This document shows, one piece after another, positions 1 to 10,950 of a stretch of DNA of 64,000 nucleotides (position 1 is the stretch's first letter; each line of letters starts with the position of its first letter). Under the pieces are notes generated by a model. That model did not search any database. It had not been told where the DNA came from and saw only the letters and a list, made by a program, of their open reading frames with translations. The DNA is from Octopus vulgaris (taxonomy: Eukaryota). The stretch covers positions 26,164,001-26,228,000 of the forward strand of contig OX597822.1 of assembly GCA_951406725.2 (NCBI GenBank). Direction: 5' to 3'. A program made the translations under genes and the position numbers.

Positions 1-147
1 ATTTTTTTTAAATCATTCAAAAAGAAACATAAGTATATTTGGAAGGCCCAGTAAAAGTGGCACTAATAATACTTGAACGCCTTGTTAATTCTTGACGACA
101 ATTTTAGTGCGGCTGAAGACAATCCTTTTACATCTTCTTAGTTCAGT

Positions 148-672
148 ATGATTGAAGAAGATAGCTTTACCGAAAAGAACGATTCCATCATAGATGATGC
201 AATCTTCGAAGACGATGGTGAAATCATCGAAAATAAAGATATTAAAGAAGAAAGTCTCACCGATCTCCTAGATGATATAAGAAAAGTTCAAGAAAATTTG
301 CCCGAAACGTTGACATCTGTTCAACAAACCTCCGAAATTGAAAAACCGGAGCCGAAGAAATTCGATAAGCGGAAAAGTTGTCGGCGGTTGTCTAAAGTAC
401 ACAAGAATCCCTATATTCTGAAAACCGCTAAAAGTAGCACCGCAGATGAAAACCCTATTATGGAGGAATTGATCGATGATATAATTTTCGATTTCTGCGA
501 CTGGGTTGAAGAAACGGTATCAGCTTTGGAAGAACATGAACGGAAATATATTATGACAACGCTGACTAGCTTTTTTGAACTGAAAGCCATACTAAGTACA
601 GAACCAGAAAAATGTCAGCAGGCAAAATTTCGATGCCAAGTTCGTGCATTAATGAGATTGAAACGTTTTTGA
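148..672 (+). CDS. Candidate coding exon/ORF, 174 aa; acidic N-terminus, basic middle, helical-looking C-terminus; function unknown
   Basis: 525-bp open frame in non-repetitive sequence. Preceded by a pyrimidine tract and AG (cttcttag at 141, ttcag at 146), so it could be a terminal exon. No recognisable domain. Confidence 0.45.
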   Translation: MIEEDSFTEKNDSIIDDAIFEDDGEIIENKDIKEESLTDLLDDIRKVQENLPETLTSVQQTSEIEKPEPKKFDKRKSCRRLSKVHKNPYILKTAKSSTADENPIMEELIDDIIFDFCDWVEETVSALEEHERKYIMTTLTSFFELKAILSTEPEKCQQAKFRCQVRALMRLKRF

Positions 673-859
673 AGTATTTTTCTTCAAACTCGGAGTTTAC
701 TGTGCGTCAAGGTTACAAAAAATGTCTAATACAGTATATAATATATATTTATATACAGTAAAGAATGTAAACAACATAGCTTTGCTTCTTATTTTGCCTG
801 ATTTATGAAGAGTGGATTGGATAATTTTATTTATTTATTTATTAGTTCTACCGTTATCT

Positions 860-1030
860 TTTTTATTTTTTACTTGCTTCAGTCATTGGACTGCGGCCGC
901 GTTGAAGTGTGTGATCGAACAAATTGACCTAATACTTAGTTTTTTTTCTTTTTTTTTTTAAGTCTGTTTCTTATCCTCTCGATCTCTTTAGCTGAACTGC
1001 TAGATTACGCAGGCGTGATGAAACCATTGT
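860..1030 (-). mobile_element. SINE family A, 3' fragment
   Basis: ttttacttgcttcagtcattggactgcggcc matches the reverse complement of the family A tail seen at 5790-5835. Confidence 0.7.
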
Positions 1031-1031
1031 G

Positions 1032-1466
1032 GGATCTTTTCGGTTTGAACGGCAGTTTTTTCTAGCGGTATCATATGAAATTGTCACCCATAATTATGAC
1101 CCTAGTATCGATCTATCGCATTTCAATCTGTTTTAGGGTTAGGGTTAGTTTGGGTTAGGGGTAGGGGTGGGGGAAGGGTATCTTTTTTTCTTCACAAATG
1201 TAAATCAACCCAATCTGTTTCTTAGACGAGGGACATATTCATACAGCACAGAATATTTTTTACCTCAATAGACGTCATTGATTGGTTGAAATTACAGAAA
1301 TTGAAGAAAAAACAACAACAAATATCTTACAAACTATAGAATTTTCTCAATAAAGCCAAGAGAAAAAGATGTTTTATAAACACATTCTACCAGTATACGA
1401 GGTTTAAAAGTGTTTTAGTTACGTGGAAATTATTTTTAAAAACTGCCGTTCAAACCGAAAAGATCC
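1032..1466. mobile_element. MITE copy 1, GGATC-terminal family (Merlin-like), with internal TTAGGG repeats
   Basis: 30-bp TIR GGATCTTTTCGGTTTGAACGGCAGTTTTTT / AAAAAACTGCCGTTCAAACCGAAAAGATCC; internal ttagggttagggttag. No TSD visible on this copy. Confidence 0.85.
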
Positions 1467-2019
1467 TAATTATTTGTTGATTTTTATTTCCGTATTTCCA
1501 ACTTTATCATCAAAAGTAAAGGGGATTTACACATTTATTTTACTATATTTTTTAGCATGTCTCCTCAAAAATCATTTTAAAAATATATTTATGTTTCTGA
1601 GCTCGACATCTGGGCGTAATTTGTAAAAAAAAAAAAAAATGGAGGTGACAGAAATGCCGAAAATTGACGTATAAGCTCGTCTGTGGCTGTTTTTCAAATT
1701 ATATGTTTTGGATGAGTTTACTCGTCGCTCTCTGAAAAAGACAAATTGAGTGAAGACGAGTTAACCGTGTCTGCTGGGTAATGGGTTAAACAGTTGAGCG
1801 CTAAATCAACCAGAACCCTCATGTCATTTGTAGAGTACGTAACCCAGCTCTCGCCAAGCAAATCAAGGACAAAGCGTCAACAAGATTCAGCAGTCTCGCA
1901 TCTTGAAGATAGCTAATGGTCGAGCAATCACAGTTAAGTCGATCCCTATGTCTTAGTGTCTCTACAAGTGAGGGTTTAATAATTTATGTATGTAGTCACG
2001 TTCAGTCTTCCCTTAAATA

Positions 2020-3284
2020 TCAGGTCATCCCATAAGTTCTGTCCGAACTTAGAATAAAGAAAGCAAGTGACCAAATGTTATATTTAATTGAAATCTTCAA
2101 TGTACTTTCCCTGATTATCTATGACTTCCTTCCATCTATTTACAAGCTTTTTAATCCCATAATTGGTTTCAAAGCGAAGAAGTCTGAAATGTCAGTTTCG
2201 ACCTCCTCCTGGCTTGCGAAAGTTGTGTCCCCCAAATGATTCTGTAAACTACGGAACACATGGTAGTCTGAAGGAGCAAGGTCGGGAGAATAAGGTGGAT
2301 GAGGAATTTTTTCCCAATCAAACTCTTCGATCTTCTGTGATGTGATCTTTGCAGTGTGAGATCGCGCATTGTCCTGATGAAACATCAGTCCTTTTCGATT
2401 CAATAAAACGGATCTTTTTATTTTCAAAGCTTGGCTCAAACGCTCTAATTGTTGATAGTAGACCTGAGCATTGGTTCTTGCATTAGGTGGTAACAATTCA
2501 AAGTGAATTACTCCTTTGCAATCCCACCAGATAGTGAGAAGAACCTTATTCCCATGAAGTTTCCTTCTCGGTTGTGGTTGAGCTTTTTTCCTTTTACCAA
2601 GCCACTGTTTACAACGTTTAACATTTCGATAGAAGATCTATTTTTCGTCGCCAATCACAAGTCTATCCAAAAAGGGTGAAATGAGTTCGCGAGGATGGAG
2701 AGAAGAGCAGATGTCAACTCGAGATTTGCGGTTGCTTTCGGACAATTCATGAGGCACCCATTTTCCATGTTTAGGAACCTTTCCAAGTTGTTGAAGATGA
2801 CGATGAACAGTTGTATGGTTTGAACTAAGCTTTATTGCCAATTCTTCAACTGATAATGCAGGATTTTCTTCAAGTAATGCCTCAAGGAGCTTATCATCAA
2901 ACTCATCTGGACGTCATGTTCGATCTTCATCTTCAAGGCTGAAATCTCCTCTTCTGAATTTTACAAACCATCTTCTGCAAGTTCTTTCATCCAAGCATTC
3001 TTTCCCATAAACTGAGTGTATGTTTCGAGTCGTTTCGGCTGTAGAGTTTCCTTTTTTGTTCTCATAAAGCATTATGTGCTTCAAATGCTCTTTGGATACT
3101 TCCATGTTAGAAAGGGTTTTAATCAAAGACATTTTAATTCTATTATTCTGTAAAATAATATCTAATTAAATGTACACAAATGCATAAAAATAATTTTTAA
3201 TTCCATTAGACATTCTAAAATAATGTTAAATTTCATTCAATTTTTAAAATGGTAAAATTGGACGGAACTTATGGGATGACCTGA
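2020..3284 (-). mobile_element. Full-length mariner element (1265 bp) with TA TSD
   Basis: TIRs TCAGGTCATCCCATAAGTTC(T/C)GTCC at both ends, TA at 2018-2019 and 3285-3286, transposase remnants inside. Confidence 0.95.
2084..3105 (-). pseudogene. Mariner (DD34D) transposase pseudogene
   Basis: ORF pieces 2914-3132, 2638-2841 and 2140-2496 carry the HTH, WVPHEL, GDEK, HQDNA and HPPYSPDLAPSDY motifs; broken by stops and frameshifts. Confidence 0.95.
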
Positions 3285-3399
3285 TATATCTAATGTTAAA
3301 TGTTCGCGAGTTTTTCTTCTGTTTGTAATATATGCAGTCAGTCTAATCTCATGCTATGATCAATAATACAACAATTACACCAACCAGACAATATCAACC

Positions 3400-4320
3400 C
3401 AATTGGTTTTTGAAGTTCTCAACTTCACCTCGAAATATTAATGAATTATTTTGAAGAATCAAATGCAAAATCTCTGAGCCACTCAAAGTGGTTTCCAAAA
3501 TCCATTAATCAAAATTTCTGTGGAAAATCTTCTAGGATTGCAACGAATCCCCTTGCCTGTGCTAATTCTGAAGCACTCCAATCGTCTGGATTTTCTAATA
3601 ATGTTGAAAATAGCTCAGGAAACTCAGTAATTTTGTAGGACAAAATGGATACTTATCGAGATGAATAATTCTGAAGTGTCTTGGGTAACTTTGGAAATCG
3701 AATTCCAACGACTTCATCCATTAGGGCTATTCCAGCCGTCGACTTTGAGAAAAAAGTTGAAATTCCTTTTAAACTTTCGAAGAAAATTCGACATTCACAA
3801 TACTTGAAGCCGATAGAGAGAGTACCAAATTAAGTGAATTTGCGTAACAATATACAAATATGACGGTCGCGCCAAAAATCCCCTTTAATATTGCTTGCAC
3901 CCCGTTATACTGTGCAGCTGTCACGCTCGCTCCATCATAAGTTAGTGTGATGGATTTTTGGCCACAGTTGAATTTATCTGCAAATTTTCGAAGTTTTATA
4001 TGCGACGCCACTTTTCTATCTTTACTGACATGGACATATATAGAAAAAAAAATTTCCGAGGCTTTTTCTTCTCATCAACAAATCACAAAACGCGTAACAG
4101 TTGAGATTTTCTTCGAAGATCCGTAGTTTCATCGAACACAACAGCAACAAATGTTTCTTTTTACGATCATTATCTTAATTTCGCCTCCACTTGTAGCAGC
4201 TATACAGTTAAATGACCTCGTTTTAATTATCACTTGAAAGTTCAGAAAATATGTAGTTAGCATTTTTGTTCTTGAAATTTAAATGCAATCTTAAACAATC
4301 ATTACATACCGCAACTGTTT
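3400..4320 (-). pseudogene. Degenerate hAT-superfamily transposase remnant
   Basis: Minus-strand motifs FVAVVFDETTD (about 4120-4155), YDGAS...YNGVQA...YCYANSLNLVL (degenerate CxxH region) and SRWNS (about 3700-3713). Confidence 0.8.
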
Positions 4321-4328
4321 CACATATA

Positions 4329-5225
4329 TGTGGTCTGACCAATAAGTATCTGGACTGCTGCCATAGTAACGAAGCTAAAGCATGCAGACTGAAGCTACTT
4401 GGTACAGATTGACCTTAAAATCTGTCGTGCAGGCACACTAAGTTTTATCGTTCTAGCTCACTTCCACTATTTACAGCAGTGTTTAGAAGAAAAGGGTGTA
4501 GCGTGTGATCGTCGCATTGACCATGACACAAAAAGTTGAGCTGAGAATTTGCATTAAATTTTGCCAAAAGCTTGGCGATACCTGCTCAGCGGCCTGCGCA
4601 AAGTTTTTTTAAAGTTTTCATCGCTCTCGATACAATCAAAGAGATTTTGTGCGACTGAAACCCGAGTGTCTTTTTGGTCTGTCGAAAGAAGTTTTGGCAC
4701 AAGCTTGGCAGACACGCGTCTCACACCCAAATCTTCAGTGATAATGGACTGAACTGAACCGTAATTAATCTGCACACCCTCTGATAACTCACGGATGGTG
4801 ATTCGACGATTTCTACTCCCAGCTGCACGTCCATCTGCGATGTTTTTCTCGGTTCTGCTGGTTGCGGGTCTCACAGAACGTTCGTCAATATCGACATTTT
4901 TTCGGACATCTTCGAAACGTCTGAACCACTGGTACACTTGTGAACGGCTCATACACTCCTCTCCATACACTTTCTGAAACTTTGTGTAGGCCTCTGAGCA
5001 GGTATCGCCATGACGGCTTTCTTTGTCATGGTAAATGCGACGATCACACGCTACACACCTTCCTTCAAAGCATTGCCGTAAATAACGAAAGTGAGCTAGA
5101 ACGTTAAAACTTAGTGTGCATGCACAGTTGCGTTCAATGTCAATCTATGCCATGCAGCTTCATCCTACGTGCTTTAGCTTCGTTATACTATGGTTACAGT
5201 CCGGATACTTATTGATCAGAACACG
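4329..5225. mobile_element. Mariner-derived non-autonomous element built from two inverted 5' ends, retaining only the HTH coding region
   Basis: TIR tgtggtctgaccaataagtatctggactg / cagtccggatacttattgatcagaacacg; arms of roughly 250 bp are inverted copies; ORF 4554-4970(-) is a mariner N-terminal DNA-binding domain ending VSAKLVPKLL. Confidence 0.85.
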
Positions 5226-5412
5226 AGGCTCCGGCAGAGGGTGGTGGTGATCCCTGCAGTACTCTTTCGCCACTTTCTCTCACTCTATCTTCTGTTGGCC
5301 TGCTCGTTTAGCCAGCAGGGTGGCGTCATTTGAAGGCTAAAACAATGCGAATCGCATTGTGACCAGCGATGTGTAGCAACAGCTGATAGCCAGGTCGGTC
5401 GCAGTGATCATG
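5226..5412 (+). mobile_element. SINE family C fragment (5'-truncated)
   Basis: gaggctccggcagagggtggtggtgatccctgcagtactctttcgccac is shared with the family C middle region. Confidence 0.65.
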
Positions 5413-5434
5413 ATGATATATATATATATACATA

Positions 5435-5840
5435 GGCGCAGGAGTGGCTGTGTGGTAAGTAGCTTGCTAACCAACCATATGGTTCCGGGTTCAGTCCCAC
5501 TGCGTGACATCTTGGGCAAGTGTCTTCTGCTATAGCCCCGGGCCGACCAATGCCTTGTGAGTGGATTTGGTAGACGGAAACTGAAAGAAGCCTGTCGTAT
5601 ATATGTATATATATATGTATGTGTATGTGTTTGTGTGTCTGTGTTTGTTCCCCTAGCATTGCTTGACAACCGATGCTGGTGTGTTTACGTCCCTGTCACT
5701 TAGCGGTCCGACAAAAAGAGACCGATAGAATAAGTACTGGGCTTACAAAAAGAATAAGTCCCGGGGTCGAGTTGCTCGACTAAAGGCGGTGCTCCAGCAT
5801 GGCCGCAGTCAAATGACTGAAACAAGTAAAAGAGTAAAGA
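5435..5840 (+). mobile_element. SINE family A, full length (tRNA-like head, CORE-like segment, internal TA/TG microsatellite, LINE-derived tail)
   Basis: A-box-like TGGCTGTGTGG, B-box-like GGTTCAGTCCC, then cttgggcaagtgtctt; tail gctccagcatggccgcagtcaaatgactgaaac; near-identical copies at 31528-31977 and 38981-39410. Confidence 0.9.
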
Positions 5841-6344
5841 GAGATATATATATTGTCGAACCCTCATACGTCGTCTAACGACAGGAGAGTCCATTATATA
5901 TATGTATAATGGACTGAGGCAGGGAAGCATTAGTCAAAAGTTGAGTACTAGAGCCCCTTTCTGCATTAACCTTCTCTCTGGCTCATATCATAACGTCTGA
6001 CAAATCTCTGCGCGGTGAGAAAACACTTTTTTATTTCACAGCATTATCAAACGTGCAGCGTTGTTGGTCTGAAACGATGCAGGATACTTATTCACTATAA
6101 GTTGAGTCGTATAATGTCATATCAATTATTATGGATTCTTTGTCAGTGTCGTCGAGAAGTATTCATTAATTAGCTGAACCACTGTATTTTCATCCTAGGG
6201 CAATCACAAGCTTTTAAAGTTATTAGGCTGGAACTTATTCCAGTTTCTGCGACATATACCAGACCGAGCAAATGGTACTTCCTCCGAGGCAGGACGCTAA
6301 TCGCTTAGAAGATTAACTCCACAGCTGTTTTCTAAATCTTTTTC

Positions 6345-7105
6345 AGTTGAGTGGAGGAGTGGAGCAACGTAAAATGGAGTGTCTCACTCAAGAACACAAC
6401 CAGCCGCTCGATCTGGGAATCGGAACAACGACCCTAAGACCGTGAGTCGAAAGGGATCTTTTCACTTTGACCGGCAGATTTTTAAAATAATTTCTTTGTA
6501 ACTAAACACTTTTAAACTTCGTATACTGGTAGAATGTGTCACATAAAACATCTTTTTCTCTTGGCGTTCTTGAGATCAACACTAGGGTCATAATTATGGG
6601 TGGACACTAAATGAGGAAACGGTTTTGTTATCCAGCTCTGTTTACGAATTTATGGCCCCAAAATGTTTATATTTGCATCTTATTTAAATTTCTGAAGAAA
6701 AAAGATACCCTTCCCCCACCCCTAACCCTAACCCTAACCCCACATATATAAAAAAATAAAAAAATTATTACGGAAAGTGACGATCTTCTTCTTCAAATGT
6801 AAACAAATACACGTACCGCCGGAAGTTGCTCTTGAACTTGTTGCAAACAACAGCAGTAACTCTATTCACCTCAATAGACGTCATTGATTGGTTGAAATTG
6901 CCGAAATACAAGAAATTAAACAAGAAATAGCTTACAAACTACATAATTTTCTCAAGAACGCCAAGAGAAAAAGATGTTTTATGTGACACATTCTACCAGT
7001 AACAAGTTTAAAAGTGTTTAGTTACAAAGAAAATATTTTTAAAATCTGCCGGTCAAAGTGAAAAGATCTGTCGAAAGCCTTAACTACTACACCACGCACC
7101 TTCTA
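6345..7105 (-). mobile_element. Old tRNA-head SINE (family C-type) interrupted by MITE copy 2
   Basis: ggagcaacgtaaaatggagtgtctcactcaagaacacaac...ctgggaatcg...gtcgaaag continues after the MITE as ccttaactactacaccacgcacc. Confidence 0.7.
6454..7069. mobile_element. MITE copy 2, GGATC-terminal family, about 120-bp TIRs, 8-bp TSD
   Basis: TSD GTCGAAAG at 6446-6453 and 7070-7077; long inverted arms; internal (CCCTAA)3. Confidence 0.9.
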
Positions 7106-7370
7106 CACTCAGCGTAATGCGGTAGTCACTCCCCAGGCGCTAGACAGCAGCAACCAACGAACAAGTGGAACATATACATTGGAGTATGAGCGGTCGATAA
7201 CATTTACAACACTAGCAGTGCTTTTAATTCGTTGTTGAATTTAACCGTGGCATACCAGCAAATCATTTTAACACTGGTTATATAAAATTTATAGACTGGC
7301 GATTCGATTCAACCCGATTTGTCCCCCAGGCGCTATACCACAGCGAACCAGCGAACCAGCAAAACACCCA

Positions 7371-7424
<54 letters not shown>

Positions 7425-8009
7425 TGTTATGAGGGATTCTCCGTCAGTGTCGTCGAGAAGTATTCAGTTGTTTAATTAACTCAATTACTTATTCATCAAT
7501 TTATAGAGCTAGTCGCTAAGTATTCTTTACACACTTAAACCCGTAACGTAATCCTCGGCTAGGATTAGCGTAATGCGATGCATGACAAATTGGTTGCTTT
7601 TTGAAGTATAGGTATAATCCGTGAGACAGGCTTCCTCACAGTTTCCGTTTACACATATGTTGATTTCTCTGTCCAAAAGCGAATTTATACATGTCCGTTT
7701 ATACACGTGAGTAAAGTATGAGAGAGGCACTCATAGCTCCAACCAATAATATTCAAGCATATACATTTGCATGTGTGTGCGCGCGAACACAAGTTTGGAC
7801 GTTATTTAACGCTGCAAGTGGAATGGCTGCCTTTATTTCATGTATGGAAATATACACACAAATTTTGACAATGTCTTTTAAACCATACACTAGCATATTG
7901 TTCATAATTTACACGCATAGGTCGTATATATTCAGTATTGTTTTTATAGTATTTATTCACATTTTGAAATCTGTCATCGTTGATGTTGCAATTCTTATTG
8001 TCGCCGTTG

Positions 8010-8520
8010 TTAAGTTAAGTTAGTTAAGTTAATTTTTTGGCTCAAAAGGCAAAAAGCAAGGCCATGTAGGGGGACATGGAGTTATGTACAGGGTGGTGTT
8101 CATGCAAAGAGTTCAGGCCATTTCTGGTCAAGAGAGACTTTGAACCGAGCGGTCGTCGGCATCTTCACCATCTCGTCCGGCAGCTTATACTATGGATCCG
8201 CAACCCGGACGGAGAAAGCCCCTCTCCTTCGATTGAGATGAAATCGTCGCAGATAGAGCTTTTCGGAGTGACCCCGCAGCCGACGCTCTGGAGCAGGAGT
8301 GAAGAACAGCTCTTTCGAGAGGTTATACTTTCCGCTTATGATGTTATGAGCAAGAATGAGTTCACCACGGCGTCGTCGTTTTTCTAGAGAATAAAGATCG
8401 AGCGTCTTCAGCCTTTCTTCATAAGACAAATGCTTGAGACCAAGCTTCTGGACTCTTTCGAGATGATGTATGTCTTTGAGGAGATAAGGAGAAGAGGCTT
8501 GAATCCCGTACTCCAATATG
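8010..8520 (-). mobile_element. CR1/L2-group LINE 3' fragment
   Basis: LEYG...LERVQK...LSYEERLKTLDLYSLEKRRRRGELI...LRGHSEKL...FSVRV is the RT-thumb/C-terminal region; (CTTAA)n-type tail at about 8010-8032. Confidence 0.9.
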
Positions 8521-9127
8521 TTGTCGTTGTGGTTGTTGTTGTGACATGTGGTTTACAAGCCGTTCGTCATATTACATTTAAACTCTTTTACCTTAATATT
8601 TAAAACAGGAGGCAAGGACTTAAAAATTGTACAAATAGTGTCTATCGCTCCCTATCATCATCTTTGTCCCCAAGAAAATATAATCAAATTTTTCCACCGC
8701 TCCCAAGAGGCGGTACCATCAATTATTACGTAACTTTAGGCAACTATGTTTTATTGCACTGGTTACAAATTGAGTGTGCACGCACATGCGCACAGGTGAG
8801 TGGGAACAGAGAGTGTAACCTGGGAAAGTGTTGGGGGTGCTAAGCAGCGACAGCAACAATAACAACATGAGGCTCGGAGGTAGCAAAGACGCTATCCGGT
8901 CTTCCGCCTCGCCAAAAATAGCAGCCGAATTTTTCTTAAATTATGATATACCTTACCGTCGTGAAAAGTTGGGAAAGGTGGTGTGGGGCACAATGGACAT
9001 TATAGTTGTAGATATACAATGTCTGATAGATGGTCATAGCTGAAATGCCTTTGTTCATAGGTCTACACGAAAAATAGTGTCGACAGGAAGTCTATATAAA
9101 TGCACACCACTATACCATCAACTAATG

Positions 9128-9188
<61 letters not shown>

Positions 9189-9360
9189 AATACAAAAAAG
9201 GGGGCAACAAAAACATCCAGACACTTAGAGGATACAAAAAGGGACAAGAAAAAACAAGGACGGGTCATTCGGAGTTTTCGTTCGTCAGTCGAGTTCCAGA
9301 TTGGATCTGCAATTTCGGCCGGTTATGCTCAAGACTGCTCCAATCTGGCTGCTGCCGCAT

Positions 9361-9402
<42 letters not shown>

Positions 9403-9763
9403 TCACCTCTCTTTTTAAATTTCCTCGTCATCATTGTCGTCATCATTTCTACTCCAAGAGGGAGGCTCTATAAGTGGTCAATCACCCTGCAAGAAATAAA
9501 AACTAAATATTCGTCAAACCTAACCCTAGCGTTTTCAATAAAAATAACTATTGGGACAAAAGAGAGTTTGAGTTAGAGTAAGACGCGATGGTCACGGCTG
9601 AAATACTTTTGATCATACTCGACCAGGGATTGTGTAGAGCTAAATAATAACAACAACAACATCAACCATCAGTATCACACTACCACCACCTCCTACACAC
9701 CACGAAATAACGAACATACTATAACTTAAACCATTACACCACACCCACCATCAGCACCATGAG

Positions 9764-9976
9764 CCGTCCAAGAATTTGGACCTGGAGATCTCCATTTCCA
9801 GCGACTTCGAAGGCCACCTCCCAGTGGTGTCGGGCGTCAACAAAGATCCCTCGACTACAAGAAGACGACCAAAGTTTTGTTTTTCCAAGGTCTGGGGTCT
9901 CCAGCCCCTAAGCCCTAGACCATCACCTAATCACCCTTACCCGTCTTGTTGCTTAACAACAACAACAACAACAACA
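9764..9976 (+). mobile_element. 5'-truncated retroposon of unknown family with (AAC)n tail
   Basis: GC-richer insert ending in (AAC)n; flanked by atcagcaccatgag (9750-9763) and atcagcaccatcag (9977-9990). Confidence 0.65.
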
Positions 9977-10052
9977 ATCAGCACCATCAGATCGACGTCG
10001 TCATTTACAACAACAGTTGTAGCAGTTGTACTGGTGGTGATAGTGGTGGCGG

Positions 10053-10080
10053 TAGTAGTAGTAGTAGTAGCAGCAGCAGC

Positions 10081-10170
<90 letters not shown>
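10053..10170. repeat. (AGT)n/(AGC)n microsatellite
   Basis: Directly visible. Confidence 0.95.
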
Positions 10171-10517
10171 TATGTCATTTCTATACTCTGCAGAAATCCT
10201 CCTTTATATCTCTAAATTAGATTTATATCTGCTGCGAGCTAAAAATAAAGGACTGATCCAAGTGCACAGGTTTTTATGTTTCTATATTTGAAAATACTCT
10301 GGCTTAGCAAAATACTAAGACAAACTCTTTGCGTTCTGAGGTTAACTGGGGTCAACTGAAGTCAGCTGAGATCAATTTTACTTTCTGCCCTCTCGTGGTC
10401 AATAAATTAAACTTGGGTTCATGTACTTGACAATCCCCTCCCCATGTAACCGACTTAACCCCTTCCCCGACATTGTCGGCCATGTGCCAAAATTTGAAGC
10501 TATTACTGAGAATAGTG

Positions 10518-10934
10518 AAGGCAGCGATCTGGCAGAATCGTTAGCACGCCGGGCAAAATGCTTAGCGGTATTTCGTCTGCCACTACGTTCTGAGTTCAAA
10601 TTCCGCCGAGGTCGACTTTGCCTTTCATCCTTTCAGGGTCGATTAAATAAGTACCAGTTACACACTGGGGTCGATATAGTCGACTTAATCCGTTTGTCTG
10701 TCCTTGTTTGTCCCTTCTGTGTTTAGCCCCTTGTGGGTAATAAAGAAATTGGTATTTCGTCTGCCGCTACGTTCTGAGTTCAAATTCCGTCGAGGTCGAC
10801 TTTGCCTTTCATCCTTTCGGGGTCGATAAATTAAGTACCAGTTATGCACTGGGGTCAATGTAATCGACTTAATCCCTTTGTGTGTCCTTGTTTGTCCCCT
10901 CCATGTTTAGCCCCTTGTGGGCAATGAAGAAATA
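10518..10934 (+). mobile_element. SINE family B tandem (head-body-tail1-body-tail1)
   Basis: Head aaggcagcgatctggcagaatcg, B box GAGTTCAAATTCC, tail1 ...tgtttagccccttgtgggtaataaagaaat; second unit restarts at ggtatttcgtctg (10751). Confidence 0.9.
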
Positions 10935-10950
10935 AGAATCGTTAGCACGC

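Noticed and set aside
1130-1165. TTAGGG runs as evidence of a chromosome end
   Set aside because: Only 2-4 units, internal to a MITE family.
1480-1790. Possible piggyBac-type right end (...gggtaatggg-TTAA)
   Set aside because: No matching left end or TSD found; cannot be supported.
8740-8801. Perfect donor CAG|GTGAGT with an upstream TTTAG acceptor (56-nt candidate exon)
   Set aside because: No coding signal or partner exons; such matches are expected by chance.
9186-9358. Penelope-like fragment with a CUGACGA motif on the minus strand
   Set aside because: The GAAA and stems are too degenerate to call a ribozyme.
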